Assembly: GCA_973895155.1 (NCBI GenBank)
Contig: OZ316897.1
Location: forward strand, 9,819,832-9,883,831
Source of the DNA: Marsupella aquatica
Taxonomy: Eukaryota; Plantae; Marchantiophyta
Length of the DNA stretch: 64,000 nt
Reading direction: 5' to 3'
The position numbers were made by a program, and so were the translations under genes. Below, piece after piece: positions 24,372-38,888 of the stretch (position 1 is the stretch's first letter; each line of letters begins with the position of its first letter). A model generated the notes under the pieces. The model made no database searches and was not told the origin of the DNA. It saw only the letters and a program-made list of their open reading frames with translations.

Positions 24372-26242
24372 ATTGTCGATCGTAACGTGTAGAAGGGATT
24401 TATCAATAAAACTCCAAGGCATTGAGCTGCCAGAAATAGGAAAGCACATTCAAAATAAAAGTGCGTATGACATTGATCAGTTGATTCCGGGGTTGAATAG
24501 AGAACTACTGTCTGCATCCATACACAAGACAAGTAGTTTCAATCATGTGATCAATTCTATCAAATAATATCGAACTGTCGATCGAAGTACATATCGGAGC
24601 ACTCTTCCCCTGCTAATGTTAGGTGGCTCTCTTGTAAGATGTAGAGACCTGGAGTGATATGCATTCTTCATCATCAACTCAGACTGGGCGCTTTGCAGTG
24701 TTTCCTTGCTTTGCACATTTGCTACCCAGTACCTTGCAAAAAGTTCAACGAGGTTTTTATTAAGTATTAGTGACTCATTCATCAAAATCAACAGTCAGAT
24801 ATCCAGATCTGAAAGTATATAGATCCTATGGTTGTAATATGAATGTGCAAGTAAATTGCATAATTTTTGCTAAGGGGAGGCTTCTGAACTTGCCATAAAA
24901 GCCACCTGCCGGAAACTCTTCTGCGTAGTAGCACGGTTATCTCTTTACTGGCTTAGGCAATGATTTATCTTGGCATTATGCTAAACATGAAAGGTTTGAA
25001 TGGCAATCTTGATGGCCACAAATGAGACATTCAAATTTTCTTGGATGGTGCATTTTACAGTGTTGTCTCCAAGATGATGTGGAAACTTGAAGTTAACCAC
25101 TACTAAGGTTGATGCTTGAATGGACCAATAAACCCTGACTGACATAAATGAATTGTTTATTCACTTGCATAACATGTTTTACACTTCTGATCCCAAGATT
25201 AGACATTATCATGGATCTGACAGATAATAGAAGGTTTTCAGTGGATTTCTCTGATTGCTTTGGTATTCTGTTGATGTGAAAGCCTCTTTAGCTGAAGGAG
25301 TTGAGTTCTCTTGGTTATTGTGTATAGACTGTAAGAAACCGGACGTCTCACACTAGACAGCACATAAGCAGAACATGAGAGTGCACTCAATCACACACTA
25401 AATTGTCAAGACACCATGATAGAAACACTCTTGAAGGATCTATAGCATGAGAGAACACATGAATATGAAGAATGAGAAAGAGAAAGAGAATGTTTAGGAT
25501 GAGCTTTCTGCCTCAATCATTACAGGGTATGTGTAGAGACAATTGGGCATGTCAAAGCACTGGCATAAACAAGGTCTCATGGTTGTAATTAATTAGCCAT
25601 AAACCACAACTTAACTTGTCTTTACAAACATTCACTTTTTGGATGTCTCCACTTTATAGGGCACCTTTCTAGGTATCTTGTAATGTTTTTTTGCCCTGGC
25701 CAAAAAAGCATTTTATGTCCTTGGCCATAACTCACTTCCATAAGTCACTTACATCCCTGCTTTGACACACCCTAATGTCAATTAATGTAATGCATCCCAA
25801 CGGTTGTTGTCGCTGGACTATGGTTGTGCTCTGTTCTCAGCAAGAGGGCTTATCAACATATGACTACTCACATGGGCAATTGTCCTTTGGTCTCATTTCA
25901 AATATGAGTTCTATTGCTTGCCATCCAAAAGCGTTTCTATTTGTTGCAAGGTGAACATCAATGTTCCAATAGCTTCAGGTGACTTCTGTTTCAGCTCCTA
26001 TGACATAATTTTGATGCTTTCAACTGTTGAAAGATCAAGCCTGAGATAAACCCCCTTGAGACACATCATTACTTCCAAAAAGAGTCTTTGGTGAATTCCA
26101 ATTAGAGGCATGGGACAAGGATCACTGCTCAAACGCCTCTTTGCAGGTGGTGCTGATTACACACTTCGTGGTTCAATTAAAGTCTTCACACAATCTACTA
26201 GCTCTATGGATAATTGAATGGACCGACAACGCTTATGTCATA

Positions 26243-26697
26243 AATTTGTCCTCGTCAAACTTGATGCCTGGCAGCAAAGCAGCCTTAGAAATGTTCATAT
26301 AGCCGTGTACCTTAAAAGGATTGAAGATGTCCTGAGAAGGTAGCCTCAAATTTTTCGTCGTCAAACATGATGTCTGGAAGCAAAGCTGCCTTAGAAATGT
26401 TGGAGTTCATATAGCCGTGTACCTTAAAAGGAATGAAGATGTCCTGAGAATGTTGGCAGCCTCAAATTTTTCATCGTCACACATGATGCCTGGAAGCAAA
26501 GCTGCCTTCGAAATGTTGGAGTTCATATAGCCGTGTACCTTAAAAGGATTGAAGATGTCCTGAGAATGTTGGCAGCCTCAAATTTTTCATCGTCACACTT
26601 GATGCCTGGAAGCAAAGCGGCCTTAGAAATGTTGGAGTTCATATAGCCGTGTACCGTAAAGGTTTGAAGATGTCCTGAGAATGTTGGCAGCCTCAAA
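26243..26697. repeat. Tandem repeat, 4 copies of ~105-116 bp
   Basis: Units start near 26243, 26348, 26464 and 26580 (tgatgcctggaagcaaagc...atatagccgtgtacc...gaagatgtcctgagaa). Confidence 0.9.
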
Positions 26698-26743
26698 TTG
26701 AACGATCTATCTGAAGCTTCACCTCAACTGAGATGTACAGCAC

Positions 26744-27111
26744 TTCTCTGGGCCGTATCTGCGAAAAAGCTCTGATGCCTCAAAATGTCTACTCTTAGAG
26801 ACTTTGGTCTAGAGTCAAGCCTCTGACTCTGGGGTGGTAGCACGTTCTGGGTTGAGGCACAACAATCATGGGCTTGAGCATCTGGGGTGGCAGCACGTTG
26901 TGGGGTGAGGCACAAAAATTATGGGCTTGAGCATTCAGACTAGTGAATGTATTCTCTGGGCCTTATCTGGGAAAAGCTCTGATGCCTCAAAATGTATCCT
27001 CTCAGAGCCTTTGGTCTAGAGTTAAGCCTCTGACTCCTGGCCCCTGACTCGGGGGTGGCGCACGTCCTGGGGTGAGGCACAACAATCATGGGCTTGAGCA
27101 TTCAGGCTAGT
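26744..27111. repeat. Tandem duplication with internal ~52-bp subrepeats
   Basis: 26744-26944 versus 26952-27111; ggggtgg..gcacgt...gaggcacaa...atgggcttgagcat occurs 3 times. Confidence 0.85.
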
Positions 27112-29513
27112 ATATGAAAGAGGAATGCATTTACCTTGCAAACCGCTCGTTGATGAAATAATTCCATTTCAAGAAAACAAAAAATGAGGACATTATCTGC
27201 CTGAGTTGTACATGCCCAGTTTTCAACTTGGACTGCCCACAAGCAACATAATTCATATGATTCTGTACAACAGTGGTAGCTTTGAAGGCCATTCTCTTTG
27301 TTGTCTTGAAGGCAATATTTGCTAACGATCGACAATCTCAATCGTAGAGGGCAAGCTATGCACCTCGCATTTGGAACGCTTTTCCCATGAACGGCACCAA
27401 GACCCACGCCCATTGGCTTGGTATTTTGCCCATCTGCAAGCCTGGTAGAAATTGAAATCCCTATTTGAGCCCGCTTTCGATCCCTTCCTTCCCATGAAAT
27501 TACACCAAAACCGTCATCTCTGTCATTCCTTGGTGCACCATTTCAGCTACTAATTATTAGACTACTACATGAGGCAAGTGACTGGGTGTAATCTTTTGAC
27601 GCTTACTGAGAGATGCCTTAATTTGTGATGACGGACGAGAATTAGTCCTTCTCATCTGAGCTATCCGTAAACAGACATAATGTGTGGATACTCAGAGCTA
27701 TGGATACCAGTGAAATAAGTATGGATTCCAATTCGTAGTCGATCATCTACAGTAAAAGAATCTGTAAGGAATGAATCTTCTGCCCGAGAATGAATCCCTG
27801 CGAATGGCCACTATCATCACCCTAGCTCCAATCACCTTTTTATATGCCCTTCCCAAAGTCTTGCAGTCATGCTATAGTCCACTTCGGCGGATACTCGTAT
27901 GTGCATGTAATCGCTTACAACTTCATCTGAGAATTAAATTGTCAAAACACCACCTGGAAACCTCGAGCTATGCTGTCTTGCTGCCCCGAGTTGAAACTAT
28001 TCCCGAACGTTTCTTTACCCGTTTCCTATTAACTGTGCCGCATTGTCAAACAATGGCTGTGTGTACTGTAGTACTCTTACAGTGTCAAAACATTGTGCAT
28101 CCAATCACTGTGGACGTGGCCACTCGGTTAGTTACTTTAACGCGTTGCAAGCTTGCGTTGACTCGATATTTGTCCATTGAACACCTCACTGTCATTGCTC
28201 ATCTTAATTCTTACGGCCCACGCGGGACTCCTTGACGTTGGCGATGGACCGGCCATAGCAATGTTGTACTAAGTGCAGTGACTGCTGTAACGTCAGAACC
28301 TTAAATCTGTATATAGACTGTTGTACCACACCCCGTCGAGATAATGACTGAAAACCCGTTAGCAATGTTTTGTATCGGAAGCATTTGACTGGGAACCCGG
28401 TAATTTACTCGAGTGACCCAATATGAAGCTTCAATTTGTAAATTAATGTGAACAGTCCTGACTGACTCACGTTTCGCTGCCCGCTCTAAAGACAACTATA
28501 ATTTGGTACGTGGCAAGAGCCTGCCCATACAAGTCACCGGTCGAGAAACTGAGACTGAGGAAAGTCCAGTACAATTCGGCAGAACTTGAGCCAATGGCAA
28601 ATCGGTACATATAATTTTCCTTTAACACGCACAAGTACGCTTGACAGTTGTACATTCTCAAAAGTTTACGGAAGCGTCATAGACTCTCAACAAGTGGCAT
28701 TCAGTTAGCACAGCGACACAGTAATTTTACTACGGTATGTAACTCCTAGACATTGCAAAGACCAGCGAGAACATACTACCTAGACGCAGATCCACTTCAA
28801 TTTCAAAGTCAAGCGAGAACATGCAGCCAATCCGTGACGAAAAGCTGCTTCAGCCCCATCACCAAAGTAAAACCGACATTACCAAAAAGCTGACTTCTCG
28901 ATGCCCCAGCACTTTACAGCTCTCCAAACAGAACCTTGACTTAATAACTCGAACTCAGAAAACAATAGTTTACACTCCCAAGAAATGCAGATCAGGTACC
29001 TTCCCGCTCCGTGCCAGCATTGCACATACAACAAGCAAGGCAGATTAAAGTGCTCATAAGTCGCCACCACCGTGCACACTCAAGGTTCCCGACAACGAAA
29101 CTGATCTAGAGTCTGGAACAACTCTGGCCATCTGCCCACACAAACAAGTGCAAGGACGAGCAATATCTCTCTGAACCGCTGCCGTAGGCAAAGGCGAATA
29201 ATTTATTCGATTGAGTAGCTCAAATAATGACATCTACCTATGCTGGAAGTACTTCAATGGGCCACCGACAAAGAGAGAATGAACCTCTATAGATGAAACA
29301 AATCAGGGACTATGTACTTCTCTCTAATCCGGCAGCTGGCTTCACGGGGGAGAGGCTCTCAACTTCTCCCCGGCCGTGTAATTTCAACGGTCACGAAACG
29401 CAACAAACGTCTCAGACTTCGACTACTTACCTGTGGACCGCTGGTGACAGTTCCCCGTCCATTGCGCGGAAACGCCCCCTAATTACATCTTCAGCTACAC
29501 AGCTACGAGACTC

Positions 29514-31403
29514 TCAAGGCGTTCGCTTGCCAACCTTGGACGGGCCTAAATTTTCGCCGGCTTTGGCAGGCGAGTTGAGCTCACCCCACGCCTCGATCCA
29601 AGTAACCATCGACTCCGACAACTTCGTGAAATATGGGTCAACGCCATTGAGCTTCTCCTTCACCTGCTTGGAGAGCTCGATGTAACATAGCTCGACAGTC
29701 GTCGCCTCCTTGGGAAGTGCCACCGACTGGAAGAATGGGATGATCTCCTCCTGCCAGAAGATCCCTTTGTACTCCTTCTTCAGGTTGACAAACGGGTTGC
29801 TAGCCTTGCTGTGCCAGATGTAAGGCAGACCGGTCTTCACACCAAGCCCTAAATGATCGCAGATGACCTGCGTGAGGAAGATCCACCGCCAAAAGGTTAT
29901 TACGGGAAAACCACCAAAAGATTACGCCCTCCTCACAGTGACAATGCGAATGTGGTCCTCAGCCAAGAACTCCACTTTAACAAACTCAGATGACTACGTC
30001 ATAGACGTACAGCGAGAATGTGACGGGTTGAACCGACGGCCCTAATAATAGACCGAACATTCAATGCCAGATCGGCTCAAGAGCCAACTTGTAGTTGGAG
30101 TGATGTAAGCCACATTCGTAGTCAAGAGCAGCGCGATCAGAAATGGTATAGCGGCGCCCGAGAAGAGAGACAATGTCAACGAAAGCTTGAGGTTGGAACA
30201 CAAACCTTGCAGCACCATCCGGCCCACATGTCGTCGTATCGTCCGATCGGCTGGCCGTCTCCCATGAGGCCGAAGTACATAGCCGGGCCGATAAGGTCCC
30301 TGTTGAACCCAAGGTTCATCCCGCACATCGGGAAAAGAGCGCCCTTGGGAATCGTTTGCACCATATCAACATATCTGCCGCCAGACAGTTCACTTTAGAA
30401 GGCAAGGATCACTCGATCTGACAAAAGATTATGAGACAAGAAGAATAAGCTTTACCGACGCCCCATCGGAGAATGCAATTGACCACATCTTGCAAAGGAG
30501 ACGTCAGATGCGACGACCGACAAACTCAATCGAGAATGGTGGCTACCTGGTGTTCCTTTCAGCGGGCTTCACGAGCTGCGTGGGAGCGTCGTAATCGGGA
30601 ATGTTGAGCCACAGTCCGTGGGAAATGGCAGTCGGCACTCCCTCACGCAGACTGAAGGGGTAGCCTCGGACGAAGTCGGCTCCGTCACGGAACGGATCGT
30701 ACAACGTGTTGAAGAAGTAGGGAGTCGAGGGAGTCAGCAGGTTGGTAATGTGCTGCTGCAGTGCATTGATTTGCTGTCCTTTCGGGTCTTTCGCAACCTA
30801 AACAACAGATCACCAAGACCAAAGAAAATTACTAAATTGCAACTAATTTGGTCCGTCTCCAACCTCAAACTACACAAAACCTTCCGTCTTGCACTCTCCA
30901 CCAAACGAAGGATCAGGAAGAAAGACCCACAGCACTGATCTGCATCCCCCGTCGATCGATCCGGGGTGCCAACACGCGATCAGCAACTTGCTTCACTAAT
31001 CTCAGCACACTCAAAAGCCAATCTACCCCATATGAAGAGTGTGACACCACCAGAGGAAGAAGAAGCGGGAGCTTAGACTTACGAAGCAATCGTCATCTAT
31101 GGTGAAGATATATTTCTTCTTGGAGACCATGAACCCGAAGCAGCGGCACGCGCTATCCTTAAACGAGATGCACGACGCCTTGGGGCCGAGGATCCGGTTA
31201 ATGTCGTTCCGGTTGTAGAGCTCATAATCAAAACCTTCAGGCACCTTGATCACCTTCGTCGGATCGCCGTCCTGCACGATAATCAAGTGGTACTTCTCGA
31301 AGAACGGCCTCCACATCTCCAGAAAGTCCAAATTCCTGATCGTCGGAATCACAATGTCCAACTGATCGCTCAACGCCGGATCCACTGTCGACGGTTCCAC
31401 CAT
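29514..31403 (-). CDS. RGP: Reversibly glycosylated polypeptide / UDP-arabinopyranose mutase, 4 exons
   Basis: Exons 31403-31083, 30797-30547, 30374-30206 and 29867-29514; [67 protein letters not shown]. Confidence 0.97.
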
Positions 31404-32517
31404 CTTGACGGTCTTTTCTCCTCTTCTCTCTTCTCCTCTCCTCTCGTCTCCTTCAGTTCGCTTCAGAGATGGAGATCGAGATTGAGCTCAAATCCTGAAC
31501 AGCTCTCTCTCTCTGTCTGTCTCTGTCTCTCGCTCTCACTCTGCCTCTGAACAATGCTCTGTCTCTGAAGTGCACTCTGTCTCCTCCTTATGGTGCCGAT
31601 CGAAGGCGCGCCCGCTGTTCAAAACTCGCCCGTCGGAAAGACACTTACCGACCAAAGGAGAAGGGCCGGGAGACGGAAGACGGCAACGCCAGTGGACGAC
31701 ACCCAGAGGAGGACGGGGTCTCCCGGAGGGCCGGCAGGGCTGCCGGGGCACAGGCGAGAGGAGATGGATTCGAGTATTCGACGGTCGGATGGGGGGAGGG
31801 AGAACAGCTGGGTCCCCGGGGAAGTTTACCGGCCCCACCGACGCCGGTCAAGGGAGCGGGGCCTTCCGGTGGCGACCAATGATAGGGGCCAAGATGCAGG
31901 CAGATGCCGGTGCTTCGACGAGTGACCGGCTCAGCCCGTCGCCCCGCCTCTCGGAGGCCGTGAACGTGGGGAGGTGGTGAACGTGCGGAGGTGGCCGGGG
32001 GCCGGGGGAGGTGGCCGGGGGTTGGTGTTTTACCGTCCCCTGTTCACAGTCAGCTATGTTTTTTTATTTATTTTTTGTTTTTAAGGGGGGTAAGGTGAGC
32101 GTCCCCAGTGTGGGAGCAAGTTAGGAGCTAGCCTCTGTTAACCGTCAATTTTTCTAGTGCTCTGGTTGGCCTGATAAAGCATACAGCAACGAGTAGTAGA
32201 TCTGATTGGCTTTGGTGACTTTGGTGACTTGGGCCAATGCTGGTTTTCAGCCTAATCTGCGTGAAGTTATCAACACTAAATACAAGTCTAGGAATCTCCT
32301 ACTTTCTTTTGAAGTTCATAAGAGGCCCCAATAAACCAGGAGCCAACAAGTTGAACACCAGAATACCATGGAAGCAGAAATCTAAGCACTATCTCCCCAC
32401 CCCTGCCAAAAATTGTAAACAGCAAGAGACCTTGGGTCTTAAATTGGTCCTTGTGCGCAACAGCAAAGTGCTCATTGCATATATCCACAAGGATAGGAGT
32501 TCCCGACTAGTCTGCCA

Positions 32518-32870
32518 TTGTTGCTAGTGTGTTTGATGTGTTCTGGCAACGACATACATGAGAGACCAGCAAGCATGCACACATTGACACCACAGATATG
32601 TGGTTCGCCTTCGTCAAGGCTATGTCTAGAATATAATAGTTTTACTAAGTTTTGGCCACCATAGTTTCAGCAGACCTCCAAATAAAGTTCCAAGATTGCT
32701 AGTCTAGGTCCTACCTTGCTCCCTCACAAATGAGCATGAGTCTCACCAATGAGCTCTCCCTTGCTCCTCAGTCTATATGCTAGGCACTAGTTGCCTCTAA
32801 TCATCATTAAGTTCCTAATGTTGATTATGCTGAGAGGTTAACCCAAGACTAAGAGTTAACCCTATGGTGG
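32518..32870. mobile_element. Possible old copia-type solo LTR (boundaries uncertain)
   Basis: agatatgtggttcgccttcgtcaaggctatgtc resembles agatacgtggttcacctccacatgaggctacgtc in the LTRs at 770 and 7489; no TSD resolved. Confidence 0.35.
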
Positions 32871-35052
32871 TGGTCATTTTTTCTGGTCCCTTGGATTCAT
32901 TTATTTGCCTCCTGTTGGTTTTTGCCACAGTGGTGTTTGGATTCATTTGGTGCATCGCCGCCTTCACTTATAAAATCAAAACCATTTACTTAGGAGTAAG
33001 TTGGGAGATATTGCCTAGTTGTCCAGTCATGCATATTTTGGGTTTTTTATTTTAAACCACCCACACACTCTCCTGTTATATATACAAAAAGACCCCATGC
33101 CCTCAGTCCATTGGATTGACTTGTCTTGAGCACACTGACTTTGTGGTTATAAGCCTTGACTCCTGGTACAGCCTTTTTGCCTGTTAATTTATTTTTTTGT
33201 GACAGAGCACCAAGTGAATTCCAAGGCACTGTGACAAAGACCAATGGGCGAAAGAAACCCCAGCCAGGGGCAAGGGAAACTACCAACGGGACGCCACAGA
33301 GCAGCCGACCGACAGGCAAGGAACCCATGTGACATCAAGATAGGACCTTGGCTCAAGAATGAGCCAGAGTCATCCACCCATAAACCAACAGTGTTTAGGA
33401 ATAAATCTGGGAATGTGAGCCCCCAAATGTAAAGCTTTATTAGTGCTAATGCTATTGTCCCTGTCCTCAAGAATATGGACCAAACTGACCAAGAAACTGA
33501 CTTGTCCTTCAGTCTCTTTTTAAATTTGCTAGTGCTCCCCTTACCACCCCTGTTCTCAGAACTACTGTACCTATACCTCTGAGCCCAAAGCCAGAACTTG
33601 AAGTGATTGCATGTCATGTCCAGATCATGGTTACGCCCGGTCTGGTTTACTATCTTGGTTTCTCTCACTTTCCCTTAAAAGACAAGTAAGAAAAATCTCT
33701 TGTCATTTTCTTTAATTTGGTTGATTGTGCTGAGTGTAGCAAGCTCATGGTTATAAGCCTCTGCATAAGGGAGGTGGAAAGCCCTTTGGAAACTTCTCTG
33801 TTACAATGATGGTCTAAATATAAGTTACTAGAATTTCACACTAGATTGGCACATTCCATGCAAACCCCATAATTGCACCAAATTATTTATACCTATATTC
33901 CCAATATTTCACTAGGTTACCTGAATTTAAAATGAGGATTTGCTTTCAAGTTGCTTATTGAGACAAATCATTTAGTTTACTGTATGTGATCTCTCAACCA
34001 AATTTTAGGACAGGGTGTCAGCTCAATCTTGGGTTAAACAAAACAAACTGTATCTTTTTGCTTGACTCATAGTGACTTTTGATTGAGCATGGAGTGGCCA
34101 GGAGAATTAAAGAATATTGAGTACACCCTTTGCAGTCAACTATCCTGGAAAAATGTTGTTTCCTATCCAAAAGATCAATTGAGTTGACTTGAACAAGGAG
34201 ACAGATGGACAATATCCATGGCATTTTTGTAAACCATAAATCAGTGGGGAAAGATCATGAAATTCCACTTATTTTGCTTTGTATCAGTGGCATGCCCAAA
34301 CCTTGGGTGAGATACCGAAGACAAAATTGCCTGGGTCTTTCGTTTGGCTCAAAGAATAAATCAGAAAAACTCTTACAATCAAACTCCAAAGAACTTTGTG
34401 AGACTTTGGAGAAATGACTGTAGATAGATAGTGATAAACCTCATGTTTGGGCCTTTGTAGGCCCACCTCTATCTATTTGTTGTTCATCATTTGACACGAG
34501 TGTTCCAAAGTGCTCCAAGAGGATACTGGATATTGACTTTGATTTCACCAATTTTCCAAAAATAAGCTTACATGGATCACTACAGCAGACAAAGAACCTT
34601 AATAGACAAATAATCGTAAATGCAGAGCACAATCATGGAATATTATTTCTATATAAACTGTATGTTTCCTTTGTATGAATGCCTGGGTGTAATCCATCAT
34701 ACAGTCACAACAAGATCCTATGCATGAAAACTCAGACTTAGTTTATTGCCACTTGGTTTTGTCTTATTTCACTTTTTGTCATTCTTTTCAGTTTAATCCC
34801 CATGTTGTGTTTTTCCACTGTTACTTAGGAGTACTTTACAAGATGTCGGGGGCACTTGGGAGTTTTCTCACCAAAGCAAACTGGAGGGCCATTGCACTGT
34901 ACACTAAATATATAGTGTCCCGGGATAAAAGCATTTTTCGAGGCATTTTTTGAATCCTTTTATTGCCCCCAAGGTCTTGTAAAGCCAAGTGCAGCCAGTG
35001 GTGCCAGATTAATTTACTAAAAGGCAAATTGGGTACCCAATGTCACTTATTA

Positions 35053-35412
35053 GGGCCAACTCGCATGTCGACACTCCTTCACAATACGGCCCTTACCTCA
35101 TGCGCCACTTCAAGGAAAAGTGTGATCTGCTATACCAATCAGACAAACCAGTACAAGGTCATCGTTGATCATTCTGTCAGCCACAGTCCAGGACGTGCTA
35201 TGTATAGAAGTTTGAGGTTTGTTTTATGAGCAAAGTAGAGGTCAGGACCTGCAAGGGCCGGAAAGTTTCCGGACCTTGCCCTTGGGCCCCCGATCTGCAG
35301 TCAGGCCTGCCTAAGGAGGGGCTTACGGGATTGCACAATTATCAAGTCTCATCACGACATGTTGCAGTCTAAGGGCCGCATTGTGAAGGACTCTCGACAT
35401 GCGAGTTGGCCC
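35053..35412. mobile_element. Tourist-like (PIF/Harbinger) MITE
   Basis: ~43-bp TIR starting GGGCCAACTCGCATGTCGA (3 mismatches); TTA TSD at 35050-35052 and 35413-35415. Confidence 0.92.
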
Positions 35413-38322
35413 TTAGTCTTTGGCTAAAGTTTTTCTAGATGTGAGAAGAGGAGATCTTATGAATGACTTGTGGGTCCCTTTTCAATGTAAATGACTTAAA
35501 ATAGAAATGGACCAAAGGGCCAGAAGAAGAGACCCCGGAAGAGACATCCAAGAGAGGTGGTCTAAAATCTAGGACAAAAGAGTGCTCCACATAAGCAAAA
35601 AATGGACCCCACTACATTCCATGTAGGATTGGCAACAGGTTTGGTTGAAAGTGCCCCCAAGGTTTTGTAAAGTGAACAGCAACAATTTCTCCTAAATAGA
35701 TGGCTCTGATCAGATCTTGGAGACCAAACAAAAGTCTAAACTGCCCCCAACGTCTTGTAAAGCCACAACACGGGAATTAAACTGCCCCCAATGTCTTGTA
35801 AAGCAACGTAATTCTAGTTAGCCTGAAAGATCCAGCAGTCAACATCCTGCAAGTTTTCATCATCAAATAGCCGTCACCATCCTCAATTTAACCTCAATGA
35901 TTTCTCCCACCCTCGATGGGGCCGGGGAGTGGGGCAGCCAACCAAGTGGGACCACATTAGGTTGGGGCTTGGGCAAGTATGAGACCCAACCCAATGTTGA
36001 GGGTTGGATGGGGGATTGGAAAGGGTTTTAGAGTTCAGGATATGGAGGACCATCTTATGGTGAATCCTGACCAATGTTGATCATGGTTGGATTGTTTGTT
36101 TGGCTTCCCTTAACCACCAATCGAAAAAGATGGCAAAGTAGTAATTAAACTAGAAAAAATGGCAAAGTGGTAAACCTGAGTCCTTGAAATGGTTTGCAGG
36201 GCTTAACATTGACCACCCCTACCAGCTTACTTTATTGATGTAAATTTTGGACAGATCCATCTCCCCAAAACATTTTGGTCACTTTTTGGCAAAACTTTTG
36301 CTAGATTGTTTGTCTCCCTTAATTAGCAAGATTGCACCTAGTCACGCATCCCATTTGCCACAACCCAACGGCCATCCTTAAATCTGGGGAGATCTAATGG
36401 TCACTCAGGAACTAATTTACAAAAACCAGACGAGGATTATTCCTAGCATTTCTCCCTACAGAGAGGCTGGCATTTGCCACACTAGCAAAAAAGGAAAAAA
36501 ACCTTAAACCACAACTTGCCCTAAGTATATAAGGGGAAGTGTCCAAGACCTCCCCCTTTTTCCACATTTTAATCATTGTTTTCCTCTAGCATGCCAGTTT
36601 GCTCCACAATTTCAGAAAAAATCTCCTTTTAATGGTAACTACGCGTAACCCATAGTTTTTGAAGGGCAGTTGTGGTTTAAAGATTACCCTGCCCCTTACT
36701 CTACCTTAGCCTTGATGGTGGTCAAGATTGATTTGAAATACATTACTATAAAAACAATTGATAAAATTTGAAGGCCTTGATGTACGTTGGTCAAGATTGA
36801 TAATATTGTAAGATTACCCTGCCCCTTACTCTACCTTAGCCTTGATGTTTTTATATTTTCATTGTTACATGACACCGGTCTCAAATATGGTCCTGGCTAC
36901 CTTTGTGAACTTGTCATCCACGCTCGCATCCATGTGGGAAATGCTGACATATTTGTAAATACAAAAACATTTGTGGTAGTATTGTCAATTAAAACATGTT
37001 TAGTGACAATACTTAAAAATTTGTTTCATTAATTTTTAGAATGGGCACATTGACTGACTGGATATGGTGGCGGCCATGGAAGAGAACGGTACTAAACTGA
37101 TCAATCAAGAGACTTCTCATCGGCTGAGTTCACCAGTATACGGAAAAATTCACAGCAATTGGAGGAGTTTGAGTCCCGGGAAGCTGCGCACAAAATTGAT
37201 CTGAGCACCTCAATCATTAGTACAGTGACAGTGTCGTAGTGGGGTACTCCATTTTGAGTGGAGATTGTGTCTGCGTAGACTGTAGATGTTTAGGCAATGT
37301 GGAGGACTGGACCGATTGAGGCACCGCAATCTACTGTAGGGGACATTTTTATAATCAGCTCTGCAGAACATGATGTTGTGTGGTTTCTAGAGAATCTATT
37401 ATTTTGATGTCGTGAGTGGATGAGACCAAACTGTAGATTATGACTTTCCCATCATGAAATTATGGGGATGGTGTATTGCATTGCTTACCCAGAGGACTCT
37501 ACTGCCTCAGCCTCCTCCTGCTTCATGCAGTTTAAAGGTGGATTTGAAACCATTCACTTATCTTCTTGATCACATATGATACTTGATCAAGAACTTGGTT
37601 GTGTCACTTGTCCAATGAAGGTGAGTCAGCGAGATCATACAAGTTCCAACACCCCGTCCTAGCTCTTTGTACAGCTTTTTTACAAACTAATATAATGCCT
37701 TATTAAAATTGGGAAGGTGACACCAAAAGCTGCCAATGATTTGAGATCTGAGGTTGAGAGATTCTAGGCTGCTAGTTTCAGAAGATGTCATGAGGGAAAA
37801 CAAATCATAAACATTGGAATATAAGTCATTATCGGTGCATGTCAGTGGCCAATTCATAATTACTATAAGTCACCAAGTGTAGTGACTTACGGGGCAGGTC
37901 CGTTGAGCATGTGCTGCTGTCTACTGGTACTAACAATTTCAATTTCCAAGACTCACTGCATATCAAAGATGAGCTTCCACCAAAATCATTCAATCGTATA
38001 TAGGAGACCCACGATGAAGGCCACACGGAGGATGCTATCACTGCCAAAAATTCAATTCAATTCACATAGTACACTCAGGTTTAGGGTTGACACATGAATC
38101 GCCTCCTTAATTCAGCACCTTTTGAGTGGGGTCTCTTTCATAGTAAAGCAAAATGATTGACTGAATGGAGTCAACATGTAAAGTCATGACCCCAATGGGG
38201 ACTATGATTGAATGCGTGTATTTCTTCCATAGGTACACTTGGACTGGAGACTGGAGTTTTTCCGTAGACAAGTCAAATGAGCCTTTTGAGTCTTGTAAGA
38301 GAAACAAACAATTCAATGTATG

Positions 38323-38627
38323 CACGGGGTTTCAATTCCAAAGAATTGACACATCAGTTGTAACATGGAATAGAACAATTTGATTGGTTCTAATAGAAGA
38401 CTTAGAAATTTTTGTGAAAATATTTAGGGTATTTTAAATACAAGTTTGAGTCTTTTAAGAAACTTTAGTGTACTTTTTATCATACTTTAGAATATTTTAG
38501 GAATATTCTAACTTTACAGGGGTTAAATATTAATTTTTTCCTACATTTTAGGTGATCTACAGTAAGACTTAAAAAAGTTTCAGGTGAAGAGGGGGGGGGG
38601 GGGCTTCTATATAGTAAGACCCCTGAT
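38323..38627. mobile_element. 8-bp-TSD MITE, copy 2 (inverted, more diverged)
   Basis: Reverse-complement homology to 2261-2548 (cctaaaatg, aacccct.taaagttagaatattc); TSD AATGTATG / AATGTAAG (7/8). Confidence 0.75.
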
Positions 38628-38732
38628 AATGTAAGGTTTAGTCCTCCAAAAGTCCATGTCGGTCACAAGCACACACAACAGGGACCCTGTTGTGCATGCT
38701 CTGGAGTCTGAAGGAGTCTGGACTGCAGGTAC

Positions 38733-38888
38733 GAGCATACTAATTTACCGAAAGGCTGATTGAGCTAGAGGAGTGATATTGAGCCCAAGCACATTGCTGT
38801 TGAGAATTGGAGCATACTAATTTACAGAAAGGCTGATTGAGCTAGAGGAGTGAAATTGAGCCCAAGCACATTGCTGTTGAGGATTGGT
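38733..38888. repeat. Tandem duplication, ~78 bp x2
   Basis: gagcatactaattta..gaaaggctgattgagctagaggagtga.attgagcccaagcacattgctgttgag repeated. Confidence 0.85.

Noticed and set aside
26243-26697. CRISPR-like array
   Set aside because: The units are contiguous with no unique spacers, and the context is eukaryotic.
31536-31980. Overlapping GC-rich ORFs upstream of RGP
   Set aside because: No recognisable domains; explained by a GC-rich promoter lacking stop codons.
33000-34700. Short ORFs here and at 17700-18000, 20200-20650, 27771-28235 and 43500-45300
   Set aside because: No motifs I can assign; they may be decayed TE sequence but this cannot be supported without a search.
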